A stretch of 64,000 nt of DNA from Camelus dromedarius (Eukaryota): positions 68,512,001 through 68,576,000 of the forward strand of contig NC_087436.1 of assembly GCF_036321535.1 (NCBI RefSeq), in the 5' to 3' direction. The notes under the pieces were generated by a model that saw only the letters and a list, made by a program, of their open reading frames with translations, did no database searches and had not been told where the DNA came from. Shown here piece by piece: positions 23,161 to 36,809 of the stretch (its first letter is position 1; the number at the start of each line of letters is the position of its first letter). The position numbers were made by a program, and so were the translations under genes.

Positions 23161-25868
23161 TTAATATGGTTAACAAATTAAATCACTCTGACAGAGCTAC
23201 CTTGTCTTTTTTTCTCCCAAAAGACCTAGAAGAAACATTTTCTGAGTAATAATGACTGTGGCACAAAGTTTTCATATAATCATTAAAATTAAAGCTGTGT
23301 TTTTCAGTTACAGATTGTAAACGTAAATGTATTCAGCTCACCTATCTTCAAAATTTACTACAATTAATTGTGATGCCAATGGTACTAAATCATCAATAAA
23401 CATTAAGTAAAACAAAAATCAAAAATTAGAAGTACCGGAGGGAGACTGGGTCCAGATTTATTGATTGAATCAATTCCCATCACTGGATAGTATTTTAGAG
23501 AGGCCTTAGATATTGTAAAGATGTGCATTCATTCACTTGAATAGTATTATAACATAGATGACTCAGAGCATTAAAATTTTGGTTTTATTTGAGTTACTCC
23601 ATTATACTCCACTCAAAGTTGTTGAGTTGTATTTGCCATATATCTTGATTTATAGCAAATTCCTGTGACACAGATACTGATGATGACTATAATAGTTGGA
23701 CTTTGGTGTATTTTCAAAAGTTTCATAGTAGCATAATTGTTCTACATGGCAACAGAAGAATCATATGTTAAACAATGTTCACACTTGTCAGAAAAAATCT
23801 CCTGTCTCGGTGGAGGCTAACTCTTCAAAATAGAATCATATTTTTCAGCTATTTAATAAATAGTTACTGCAATCTACTTCTTATCAACTGTGATTTCAAC
23901 ATAATCCCTGTATTTGAAAAACTCAATTTTCTGTTGATATAGAAGCTATACCTGTAACTAAAATATAATGGTACAAATATTGCAATAAAAATGTGCAAAA
24001 TACTACTGGAATGCAGGGTGAGAGAGATAAACGTTCCCCTTGGGGATGGGGAAGGCTTCAGGAAATCTTCACGGATAAGAATATATTCAATCTAGGTCTT
24101 CAAGGATAAGTAGGGAGTTATCATATTAACAAGAGGAAAGCAGGGCATCCAAGCAAGGTGCACAGTGATTGGAAAGAAAGAGAAGATAGGAAAGACCATA
24201 AATTATTGAGACAACTGAGAGTAACCAAAGTTACTAGGTGAGAGAGTATTTTTTAAGGAGTTTTGATTTAAAAGGGCCCTTTAATGAAGGATCTGTGTGC
24301 CATGTTTGAGCACATAATTGGTGGTCAGTAAATATTTACTGCCAAATTTAAAAAAAAAAAAAGAATGAATCTGAAAGCACTTAGAATCCATTAAAATGTT
24401 TGAAGCAGGGGAATGGCTTGATTACATTGCATTTTAAATGAATCAGAGAGAAAAAGGATGGAAAGTAGGAGGGTCCTTAAAAGCCAGTTGCAGCTCTTCA
24501 GACAGGAAGTGAAGAAACAGTTATCTCAGAGAAGTTCACTGGCTTGTTCAAGGTCTCAGCTGGTTAGTAGCAAAACTGGCTTCTTGCCCTCTGCCCAAAC
24601 ACTTTTTCTATGGTATTTTCTTACCTACAAATGTATTATTCACCACCTAAAACTTGGGAGGAGGAGAGACATAATTTGAACATTGGTATATTAAGGATTA
24701 ATTTGCCTTGCAAATTGTCAAACCAAAGCAATTTTGAGAGGCTTTTGAACTGGTTTTTCTTTAATTTGGTTTAGTTTTTTAAAAGATAAGAAAGACATAA
24801 TCAACAAGATACATTATTTCTCAGAAAGATTCCTATCTTTACATTTTTCTAGAGACATTCTTTTTTTCCCATGAAACTCTCTGGCTATAAAGCCAGTGAC
24901 TACTTTTCTCCTATTCCAACCACTGATGTTTCCCAGCGTCCTGTCTCCCATGTCCCTTCTTTTCATTTCTCAGCTCTCATCCCTCCTTTCACTTCCCGCT
25001 GTGTGACACCAGCTACCAGCTGCCAAGGAGGTTGATTAGGTCATTTATCAAATCAGGAGGTTTTCCTCTGTCATTCAAGTCACTTTCTTAAAATACTGAA
25101 ACTAAAAATTAGTTATGGTTTTTGTCTCCAAAAAATTAACTTGGACTTATAGTCTATCATTTGAAGTCTGGGATCACAGGAAGTAGGTCTCAATGTAATA
25201 TAAAGACAAGGCAGTAATTTTGAATCTTCAACTCTAATTTCAGTTTCAAACTATTTTCATTTAATTAATGTACCTCAACACGCTTCTCTAGTTTACTGAT
25301 ATTCAGTCTGTATTGTTCTACCTGAGCAGAATTTACTTAATGATTGTAATGGGGTTCCCTGTAGGATCACTACATGTCACAAGGATTAATTAAGCCTCAG
25401 ACACTTCCACTAGGTTCTCAGTCACCTTAGAACACCTTGTAGCCAGAAGGAGCAAATGTCCCCTGTTCTTTGGAGCCAAATAATTCAGTCTCTCATTTCG
25501 CCAGCAAAAGTTTTGTTCAGATCATATATCAACTTTTTTTTTTCAATTTAAGCTAAATTTAACAAAAACCAAGCCACCCATGTTTCCCTGGGCATCCTGC
25601 CCAGATCCCCCAAAGTCCCTGCTGTGGAAATGTACTGGTGCCCCTTCAGACTCCAAGCCTTAAATAAAAACAGCTCAAATGAAATTTTTAGGATCATCAC
25701 TTGAAAGCAATGAGATCTGGATATCCAGAGAATTCATTGGAACACCTGAAGGGCACCAAGAAACCAGTGGGGTTCAATAGGTTGATGCTTGTACTGAGCA
25801 ACAGTTCAGGGTAGACTCCAGGTGTCCTCTGCTGGGTATCTCTGATGTCCTGCCAACTACATCATGAA

Positions 25869-26268
25869 TGTGCACAAAAAATTAATCAATAATCCATCTA
25901 AGAGAAAAATAGAAAAAGTTATTTGAGCCAACCTGAGGATTATAATCTGGGAGACAGTCTTTCAGAAAGCTCTGAGGCCTGTTCTGCATGTTACAAGTCA
26001 AAGCACAGTTATATAAGTTTTTGAGACAAAGAGTTATACATCTTTGTATGCATTGACAGTTTACACAATTCAGATCTGCACATACAAAGTGAGTAGTGAG
26101 CCATCATGCCCCTTCCAAGATTAAGAAGGAAGGGGATATCCTAGGGAGGTCTGGTTAAGCAGAGGTACAATATATACTAAAGGCAAGGGAAGAGGCCCAA
26201 ATGGACAGAGAAGAATTTTATGTTTACATTTTTCTTGTCTTGACATAAAATATAAATTTTATTTCATC
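25869..26268 (-). mobile_element. ERV1-class solo LTR about 1.6 kb upstream of STAP1
   Basis: tg...ca ends; ttatttgagccaacctgaggattataatctgggagacagtctttcagaaagctctgagg resembles the LTR at 15.6 kb. Confidence 0.55.
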
Positions 26269-26379
26269 ATACCTCACTCTGTACACAGTTTGACTCCTCA
26301 CATCTACAGTTGCAGCTCCAATGGAACCCCTATTGTTGGGGGAAACCATGTGGTCTCTCCATTAAGAAAGGAGTTTCAT

Positions 26380-26520
26380 AGGAGAGGGTATAGCTCAGTA
26401 GCAGAGTACGTGCCTAGCATGCACAAGGTCCTGGGTTCAATCCCCAGTACCTCCATTAAGAAACAATTAAATAAATAAACCTGATTACCTCCCCCTAAAC
26501 CCCCCCAACCCCCCAAAAAA
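26380..26520 (+). mobile_element. tRNA-Ala-derived SINE (Vic-1-like), full length
   Basis: gggtatagctcagtagcagagtacgtgcctagcatgcacaaggtcctgggttcaatccccagtacctcc (A and B boxes), then taaataaataaacctgattacctcccc and an A-tail. Confidence 0.9.
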
Positions 26521-27061
26521 AGTGTCAGACTGGAAATCCCTGGCTTGCTTTAATTTGTGAGAATAGGCTAGCCTAACGGGGGGTGGGGGGGATGCTCAGG
26601 CTTCAGGCCTGGCTTATAAACCTAGAGTAATTCTGAAATATTGAAGATGAAATAGCAAATGGTGGAACCTCTCAGGTCCCCTGCAAAACAAACCAGAATT
26701 CCTGCAATTTTCCCTTCCCTCATCGTTCTTTATACAATACTGGGCCAAATCCAGTCTCTCAAGGACCACATGCCCCAGTGTAGCTCTATAAATCTCACTA
26801 GATAGCTGTAGGGACCCAATCTATGCAACACAGCATCAGTGATTCACTGCTTAGAAAGCATACAAGAACAAAATGAAAGTTTGAAAATTTACAGCTTTCT
26901 CTGCCAGACATATTTTGCCAAATATCCACTGGTAGTTCACCAACTCAAAATCCTGACAAAAGAGTAAAAAAACCTTACGTTCTCATAACTGTGGCTTAGA
27001 TTTAGTGGGCCACCAAAATGTGCATGAAATAAATAGCTCCATTTTTCTCAACTCTGAAATA

Positions 27062-27377
27062 TAGTCATTCCTCAGTATCAGCAGGGGATCAATTCCAGGA
27101 CCCTTGCAGATATCAAATCCTTGAACGCTCAAGTCCCTTATATAAAATGGCATAGTATTTGCATATAGCCTGTGTCACATTGTCCCATGTACTCTAAATC
27201 ACCTCTAGATTACTTATTATACCTAATACAATGTAAATGCTATGAAAATAGTTGCCAGTGCATGGCAAATTCAAGTTTTGCTCTTTGGAACTTTCTGAAT
27301 TTTTTTTTCTATTATTTTCTATCTGTAGTTGGTTGAATCCACAGATGTGGAATCTGTCAATACAGAGGGCCAACTAT
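27062..27377. mobile_element. MER2 (TcMar-Tigger) DNA transposon
   Basis: gctcaagtcccttatataaaatggcatagtatttgcatat...tctagattactta...gttggttgaatccacagatgtggaa...gagggccaact. Confidence 0.88.
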
Positions 27378-27688
27378 ACTTAGAAATAGTTTTAACAAAA
27401 TTATCCTATGAAGTAATTTTTAATGAAATGGAGTTAATTCAAATCATGTCTTCTGAGGATAAAAATGAACAGCAATAAACAAAAAAAAGTGGAAGAAAAC
27501 AAATGTGACCTTGATGTTTCCTTGAAAAGTCCATAATCTCCACATCTGTTCCTTTTATCCTCTGATGATGTTAATCTTCTGTTTATTTTGCTATTGTAAT
27601 TCTAAACACATGTAGTTTTCTCAGAGACAACCCTCTCAGAGTTGACCTATGCCTGTTCTTTCTTACCTCACAAAAAGAAAAAAAAAAA

Positions 27689-27960
<272 letters not shown>

Positions 27961-29804
27961 TAGATGACAATGTTGAACTAGAAGCTTCTGTCTTAATATA
28001 AAATTTATTTCATAGTGATATGATGTGACTAGGGCCTTCTTGTTTCTGCTGGGATTAAACCCTCTTCCTTGAGGGCAGAAACAGGTTTTCAGTTTTCATA
28101 ATTTAAATACAATGTATGGCTTAAACACATTTGTGTATATATGTGTGTATTATGTATAATAATATAAGGTTCTAATGTTAAGCCACTAATGTAAAAAATC
28201 CTAAATTTCCAAGGAATTTATTTAAATATCACAAGAATTTAGCTTGTAAGATAAAATCTTTCCTATATATTTTTCTCTGCAGTTTACTACTGTGCTTCCA
28301 CGATGACATGTACCATTAAGATAAAATACTATGATTGAAATTAAACCTTCTGCTACTATTGTCAGTTGATTAAAGTTTACATATGATGATCAGATTATTT
28401 TTTATGATAAACTTGAAAAAAATTATAGAAGTGATAAAATTGATACTGTTTAACATTATGTATAGTTATATGTTCTAAGACTGTTCAAGACAGTGATTTT
28501 AAAAGATAATACTTTGATTGCTCTATGCATAGTATATACACTAAACTACATAAGTATATTCACTAAGGAAACTCACAAGGCATTTTGTATTTTATAAACG
28601 TAAAAATGAAAACTTATACTTAGTTAAAAATCAGTGCTTTTGAAATACTAACTGTGGATAATTTGAAATTAATTGGAGAAACATGAAAGTGTTACTAAAG
28701 AAAAAAGAAATCATAAACTTAGGCCAAATTTTGTAAAATTTTAATATTAATTGAAACTAGAAAAATTTAAGTGTTTTGAGGAATGCCATAAGAAATGTTT
28801 AATAATGACAAAAACATTTTCTGAGGATTAATTAATGCTTAGAAAAAATTATGTAGGTAAAAATATCTATAATAACATATTCATATTTCTTGCATATATA
28901 ATCAGATCATTTACTATTGGAGAGTAAAGACATGGTAATTTGTACTGTTATGTGTGTTAAACATAAAAATATATAACATAGTAATATTTGTCAGTTACAC
29001 TGGAGTATTTTTTGATTGATCCTATGTGCTTTTTAAAATGAGTTCAATCTTGTTACCATGGGTTAGCTACATTATTACATTTTGCCAGGAAAGGGGAGTA
29101 GGGAGAAAGAAATTTCTAAATTATAATTTAAATTTGATTATTCATTGAATTTTTTCCCCAAAGTATTTACAATAACTGTTTCTGATACTGGGCTCCTCTT
29201 AGTGTTTAAAAAAGGCATTCCACTGGTACGGTTAGCAGAAAAAACAAAATTTCAGAGTGTCAATAAAATATGTCTTTACCTGATGGCTTGGCCATTTACA
29301 GACTGTGATCTTATACAAGTTACTCAATCTTCTTGAGGCACAATTTCCTCAACTGTAAAATGAAGAGAATATGACTTACCTCCAATGTATAATGCCTGGG
29401 ATACAGTAGATGTTTAATGAATTTCTTCATTTAAGGAGTGTTATAATGTGCCTCTTGTGCACCAAGCATCACACTCAGTTCTGTAAAATATGAGTAAAAC
29501 TCAAAGATCCTACCTTCATGAGGCTTGGCTTAGTAAGGAGTAATGACTCACCTGAATGCTACTCTAACTTTTCTTAGAAAGTATGCTTTGAAATGGAAGG
29601 AATAAACAATAGGTGTAAATATTTCTCATGAAATTAACTTGTGTTTCCACTTGAATTCATAGCAAAGTATCTTTTACTTATATGTCAGGGAAAAGAACAA
29701 GAGAACAACAGTAATGTCTACTAACAGGGTGGTTTCAAGGATTGAAGGGATAATATATGTAAAACACCCAGTTCACACTAAAGATTAGATTCATTCTCCT
29801 TCCA

Positions 29805-30047
29805 TTTTATTATTTATTACATTTTTTATTATAATAAAATCAGTTTATAATGTATTAATTTCTGGTGTATAGCATAGTGATTTAGTTATACATATATATT
29901 CCTTTTCATATTCTTTTTCATTATAGCCTATTATAAGAAATTGAATATAGTTCCCTGTGCTATACAGTAGGACCTTGTTGTTTATCTATTTTATATATAG
30001 TAGTATCTGCAAATTCTGAACTCCTAATTTATTCCTCCATCCCTCTA
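29805..30047 (-). mobile_element. Artiodactyl-type L1 3' end, antisense
   Basis: ggtgtatagcatagtgatttagttatac...gaatatagttccctgtgctatacagtaggaccttgttgtttatct. Confidence 0.8.
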
Positions 30048-30909
30048 TTTCTATCACATTCTTATTAACATACAAAAATCAGTTTTGAATCCACAAGTAA
30101 CACAGCTCAAAGGAGAGCTACAGTGATGAGTAGAGTGCTTGAAAGTAGAAGTGATGAGAAAAAGTGAAGGAAAATAGTGGGCCAGGGAATCTTTGAAATG
30201 GAGGTGAGCCGACGGTATAAAGAAGGTCACCTTTCCAGCTTATGGGCTAGAAGAAGCTGGGAGGCTCTGCAGAATTGTTCGGTGAGTTCTCTGCTGAAGG
30301 AATTCAGGACATTTAAGCTAGAAAAAATAAAACTGGGGAATAATCTGTTCTACAGGAAGATTACACGGTGAGAGGTATTTCTTAGCTGTTTTTGCGCACT
30401 TTTAAGAACTAAGGAGCTTTGCCCCCAGGAAAAAGAGCTAACATACACCATTTTACATGCAGAGCCAAAAGGTCCATGGATTCCAGGTCAAGAACTCATT
30501 AAAAGTACACAATCTTCATGGAAAAGATAATGTGCAAAGATTTACTTAAACCACAACACTAGAATTCTAGATTGATTGGGAAGGTTTATTCAATAATAAA
30601 AGCTATTAAATTCCACACTGGGATACCAATGGCATCACAGTTCTTCCAAATGGAGAAAATTCTCATTTTTTGTGGAACTATTTGAAAAGAAGAGAGTTTG
30701 GGCAACATCTCATAGTTTCTTCAATCTGTGATGTGCTAACATTAAAAACATTGTGTGTAATAAGTCCTCTTATTAGTCTGGACACAGAATACAGTCATCA
30801 CAATAACACCAAAAGAACATTTCTCTGACTAGTCTTCTAATTGCCACTAATTCTATTTGAAACATTTCAGGGCTATTTCTATTGTGCTCTCAAACATAGT
30901 TCTCTATGC

Positions 30910-31175
30910 TAGTAATCTCCAATTTTTTAAAATAAGACACTCCTTTCAAGAAAACATTTTTGAGCACAGACCTCTAATACAAGAATATTAATTTATTTAG
31001 AAATTATATGTGAGTTTTTTATACTAATCCTCCAAACAAATTATTAACTATATGCAAAAAAGGAATTAAAAAGATGAAATAAATGAAATATAATGAGACA
31101 TTCTAAAAGTTTCTTCCCCAATGGGATCACCTTGTATGCCTCTGGGGTTTATGTGCTCCACTTTGGAGACCACTA
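30910..31175. mobile_element. hAT DNA transposon (MER96B-like); a second similar copy at about 44095-44322
   Basis: Inverted ends tagtaatctccaa / ttggagaccacta with AT-rich interior. Confidence 0.55.
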
Positions 31176-34100
31176 TACAACATTCGTCCTTAAGCAAAGG
31201 CACTTTACTCACAAGAAAAAGAATGGGAGCTTTTTACTGGGGCAAGGAGACAGAAGTATCAGTCTTACTGCAGAACTTGGGCAATTCCTTCAAATCTTTT
31301 AATATGTTTCCTGTTTTGTAAAATGGATACACTTTTGAGTAACTGAAGGGGTTGCTGTAGTGATCAAATGGACTACATAAAAAGGGGTATATTTTCTTGA
31401 GGTGTTGACGTATGGAAGATACCATGCTAAGCTCTTAATGTCCTGTCACTCTGATCTCACAGTAACTCTTCCAGGTAGAAATTATTTTATACACTTCACA
31501 GATGAGTGAGTTGTTGCTCACAGAATTTATGTTCAAGATTTCTCATCATTAAAGAGTCTAGCTTGGATTTTATTGCAAAGACTTTGACATCATGCTGCCT
31601 TTCAAACTAAAGTCTAATTTCATTTTGATGGTCGGTTTCCAAACGTTAGGAATGTCTAGTCACTAGATTCTTTATCACATTGAGCTCAACAGTGAGCTCA
31701 GCAGACTTTGAAAAATTCTTGTTTAATTGAAGAAAAATGAGATTATGACCTTAAAGTCAAAATACAAAGTCATCTAATGATTACAAAGCTAGTGATAAAT
31801 CCAAAAGTCCCATTTCAGTGTTTTTCTTACTTCAGCAACTGAACACAAATGACTGCTTAAAAGTAAGAAACTTTATGTTAAATGTATTTCATTCAAAAAT
31901 GTGTCCTTCAAAGTTAATTTTTAAAATATTTATGTATCTCTGTAGATATAAATATATACCTAGATGTTGATCATTGAGTTTGATATTTATAGATGACTCA
32001 GATTATACTGGTTTTCAGGAGCACTTATCAGAAACTAAATCAAGACTGTGACTGGCAGGTCTCTGCACACTGAACGTAAGTTTGATCTATTGTTAGGTTT
32101 GTGGCTGTGGTTGGCGTTCACAGGGCCTACTGATATTTTTAATCTTACTTTACTTCCACGCTGCCTTTTTCTCAGCTTAATGCCTTTCTTCTTGCTTCTT
32201 TCCCAATCTAATAAACCCTCCTTATTCTTTTCTATGAATCTATATATTTGTTTACCATAAAACTCCTTTTTGCCTCATTAATTCTACCCAATTCATAGAA
32301 TTCTCTCATGACTGAACACCTCTATAATTTATCTCAAGAGTACAGATGCACGTCTGCATGTACACACAGAGGGAATGCAATAAACCTTGACTGCTGTTAG
32401 TGATTTTAGTTTTTCTGTCTTATGGCAAGTTATTACTAGTGAGGCTATTTAAGAAGATGAACAGAGTGGTAGACTTTAACTGTAGAGCTTTCTCTTGCTT
32501 TCTTTTCCTTCAAGAATCATAGACTCTCAGGTTTGGACTTGATCTTGGATGTCATACTTCAGTAAAACCACAAAACCTGTGATTAAGTTCTCTAATCAAT
32601 ATGCCTACATTCCAATCTCCTTCCCACTCTCTCTCATCCCATCCTAGTTCCAAAATACAGTGTAGCCTTGACTTCCTCCTTGCATTCAGAGACTTACCTC
32701 TAGAGCAGGATGTGAAAGCCTGAAAGAGAGAGTCATGTTTTTTAAAAAGCTCCAAGATAAATTTGAATTATTTTATTATTTAATCTCAAGTCATTCTGAG
32801 AAAGTTCATGTATTTTTCAGAGTGACTAGACACTTTCATGGTTTTTCCAGAACACCTGCTTGTTCTGTAAACAAACAGTATAGGTTAACAACTTTTCAAG
32901 CCAACTTTCTCAATGCAGTTTTCAATATATTAAGACAATAATGAAAGGGTGATTTTATATAGAAGTGACAATGGATTTCACTATTCTGGTTTACAAAATA
33001 TCTTCTCCTTCTTGTACATAATCTCACTGAAAGAGATCTGCTTTAGAGATTTTTAGATGCCACCATTGTCACATACACATACAAATCACCATGTGGAAAG
33101 AGTACTATTATATGGATAATAAAAAACGTGAAGCATCTGTCAATAATGTGAGTGATGAGGCCATGCTTTCCCCACCCTCCACTGGTCAACATTTATGGAA
33201 CCCTTGCTATGTCACTGGTCCTATGTACTTTCCATACATGACTATTCAATTCAATCTTCAACAGCAACTCTATGAGGCAATAGCAGGAGGCTGGTTTCCC
33301 TACTTCTATTCTTGGTCCCTTAACATTGAACTTATTCTTACAATTCAGTGGCTTTTAATATATTCATAAAGTTGTGCAGCCATCACCACTATCTGGTTCT
33401 AGATCATTTCCATCATTCTAAAAAGAAACTCTATTAGCAGTTACACACATGTCCCCTGCCCTATACATTTTTATACCCATTTGTTGGGATTTTTCCTCTC
33501 CCTAGTTTGAAAGCAGGTGAAAATCAAGACATAGGAATCACACAAATGAAGATCAATTCATTACTTTTATTATTAATAAAATCTATCAATATATGGTTTA
33601 GATTTAAGGCCAAAACTGTGCTAATACTTTACCTCAGATTTAGGTAACATTGAGTCACTTAGGTAGTACTTTGAATCACTGACTCAGTTTAAGAGCCACA
33701 GCCTGCCTCTCTTGGAGGTCCTTTGCCACATGGCAGGGAACAGAGCAGAATGCCCACTCTGTCCTGGTAGGCTGAACAGGACAGGAAGGGATTGATCTGA
33801 GCATACTGCCTTCTAAACTCACACATTTCTCAGCCCTACTCTCTGTGGAGGAGATAATTCCCTCGAGGAGTACTGTGTGGAATAAAGTGGGGTGAAAGAA
33901 AGCAGCGGAGAAACCAGGAAAAGGGCTATTTTAATGCTGTTAACACTATGCATTCCATATGAAAATAAAAGGGAAAAAAGACTTCTGATGGGGTTGAAAT
34001 TAAGGTTTGTTCTCTTGCCTTATTAAACTGCTTGACTCCGAGAGGTGTCAGGTATATATTGGCATCTGGATTTCAGACAAGAGGAAGAAACTCTGCCCAG

Positions 34101-34324
34101 TTTTATAATTGCTTCTTTGGGGACCATCTATGTCCAATCCTTTAATCCTATGCCCTTTTAAATTGTCCTTTTCTTCGGTAATCTGTAATTGGTTCAGGAG
34201 GCATCAGCAGGTTCATTACATTACATTATCGCCAGCTCTCTGTTGGGAGGTAGGATGAAGTGGAACGACCACAGGGCTTGGACAGGGAAACCTTACCCCA
34301 AGTTCCAACTCTGTCCCTGAGGTA

Positions 34325-35527
34325 GATTGCTGCAGGACTACTATCAATTTGTTCAAGGCTTGCTGTATGCACTTGGAAATGTGACTTTTCTGCTCTTTCC
34401 ATAAAGAAGTTGTGTCTATTGTTCTGCCCCTTGAATTTGGACTGGGTCATGCTTTGGCAAATGTGACAAAAGCAGAGGATTATACAGTGCTTGCACAGTG
34501 GGTTTTGCCCTGTTTTGCTCCTTGGCATCCTTCTGCCAGCACGTGAACAAGTCTAGGTCAGCTGACTGGAAGGTGAAACCACACGGAGTACGACTCCAGT
34601 TGTCTCACTGGGGTGTTTTCCATCAATTCTCTGATTCTCTGGACATCAACTGGGTATTCAACAATTCAGTTTAATTTTGATACTAACTACCTACCCAAAT
34701 TTAGGGCAGACCCCACAGCTTAGTTAAGAGCTGAGTCCACAAGACTGCCCACTACTTCAGTCACTAGTCACAAGTCCCAGACCTCCTGTGCTTCTGACTG
34801 ACTGGCGATAAATCAGGGGTTCCCATGACTCCCTCGTAAGATTTGATAATTTACTAGAATGGTTCACAGAACTCAGGAAGACACTTTGCTTACATCTACT
34901 GGTAAGGGGTACAATTGAACAGCCAGATGAAGAGGGCAAGGTCTGGAAGGGTCTCGAGCCCAGGTGTTTCTGTCTCTGTGGAGATGGGCTACACCACCCT
35001 TTTGGCATGTGGAAGCTCATCAAATCTTGCTGTTCAAGGTTTTTATAAAGCTTAATCTTCAGGCCCACTCCCTCCTTCTTCCTGAAGGTTGATGGGTGGG
35101 GCTGACAGTTCCAACCCTTTAATCATTTGTTCTTTTGGTGACCAGACCTATCCTGAAGCTATTTAGGGATCCCATCCTAAGTTACATCATTAGTATAAAT
35201 TCAAGTATGATGTAACGGGGCTCATTGTGAATAATAAAGACACTCCTATCACTTAGAAAATTCTAAGTGTTTTAGGATCTCTATGCCAGGAACTTGGGGA
35301 CTAAGACTAAATATACTTTTTATTATACTACACACACTCACTCTCCATTCCCAGCTGAAACCCCAATCAAGTGAGTGAGGGCACCCTAGACCATTCAGCC
35401 ACAGCCAAATATACCCAGATCCAGAGAATCATCAGCCAGCCACAGAATGATGAGAAATAGGTAATATTTGCTGTTTTACTCCACATGCTTTAGGGTGGCT
35501 TGTTACACCACAAAAACTAACTAATAT
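34325..35527 (+). mobile_element. MLT1-family (MaLR) LTR interrupted by a MER21 LTR
   Basis: gccccttgaatttggactggg...gctttggcaaatg; 3' end gctgttttact...tttagggtggcttgttacacc...aactaactaata. Confidence 0.7.
34609..35332 (-). mobile_element. MER21-family LTR
   Basis: aactgggtattcaacaattcagtttaattttgatactaactacc...ggggttcccatgactccctc...ctagaatggttcacagaactcagg. Confidence 0.8.
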
Positions 35528-36737
35528 AGCACCTTATCCACCATGAAAACAAAAGAAGGAAATAGTTCTATTAAGAACATGAGAAAGATGCTTGCTATAA
35601 TTCAGAGTGAATTTAATCTTGGGCTTCATGAGAGCCAAGGAAAATAAAAGTAAGACGGGTTATAGAATTCCCATTATTTGAGAAAATAAATATATAAATT
35701 CTGAAGAGGTGACAAATATTTTGCTGGTCAAAAGAAGGATAAATGATATGACAGTATTAAAAAAACACAAAATATCATAATATATAAGTGTCTTCATATT
35801 TATAAGCAAAAGAAAAACATTTCTTATGATTTTCTTACATTAATCGTCAATGTAAGTCAAGACAACCCAACATGTTACGAAAATTCAGCTTATTAAACTC
35901 TAAAGGAAGGAATGATCAACATTTCTATGAAACTGACTGGAGGTTTTTAAAACATACTTTTGCAAAGAGCTGAGTATGATGGTAAGTCTTTATATGTGGA
36001 AGAATTTTCTTGTATTCTTAAAATCCGCTTACCCTTCTTTTGTAATACAGCCAATCTTCATAGAATGTAAGTTCTTATCTAGGTAGCCTTTCACTTGAGT
36101 GAGTGTCTGACTGGGTAATTTAAATATTTTAAACTTAAAAAATTGTATTTCTATAGAACTCATAATAATGTGAATGTATTAATAATGAAATGTTCACCAC
36201 ATGAATGAAATTTGAACTTCAAAGTTCAGTTTTGATTGTTATTTTTATCATTATCAATTGCTCATATTTCTTTGACCTATATAAATATATATTCTGTTTA
36301 TTAAACCTAAACTATGAACCATGTACTGTGCTAAGTGATTTATGTGTATTTCACTCAGTCCTTTCAACTGTCTTGGAAGGAAGATACTAAATGCTTGTCT
36401 TAACCTGGCCCCTTATACAGGCCCCTCTTACAGGTGCAAGGTTCCACTGAAACTGCATAAAAAGTCAAGCATCTTAATGAGGAAAGTTTTGGAAAATGAT
36501 CTACTTAAACACAGATCAAATTACAACCCCACATCACACCTCATACTAAAATACATTTGTGAAGGATTTAACCAAGAATTAAATGTTACATTAAGCCATA
36601 AAAAGTGGGTGATTTATCTTACAGTAAAAAGGAAACTTATACCACACAGCAATTAAGAAAGTTACAAAGGGAAGTATCAAGAGGAAAATAGTTGAATGTA
36701 CACTAAGGAAATAATGCTTATAATTTCTTTCCTGCAG

Positions 36738-36809
36738 GAGTATAAACATTATTGGACAGAGTTGAGAGGAACTACACTTTTCTTTTATACCGACAAAAAA
36801 AGTACAATA
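36738..36809 (+). CDS. STAP1: STAP1 exon 2 ([24 protein letters not shown]), PH domain
   Basis: cctgcag|GAG...ATA|gtaagt, 72 nt, phase 0. Confidence 0.96.

Noticed and set aside
26380..26455. tRNA-Ala-like sequence as a real tRNA gene
   Set aside because: Degenerate stems, SINE-type tail and three more diverged copies with TSDs indicate a SINE.
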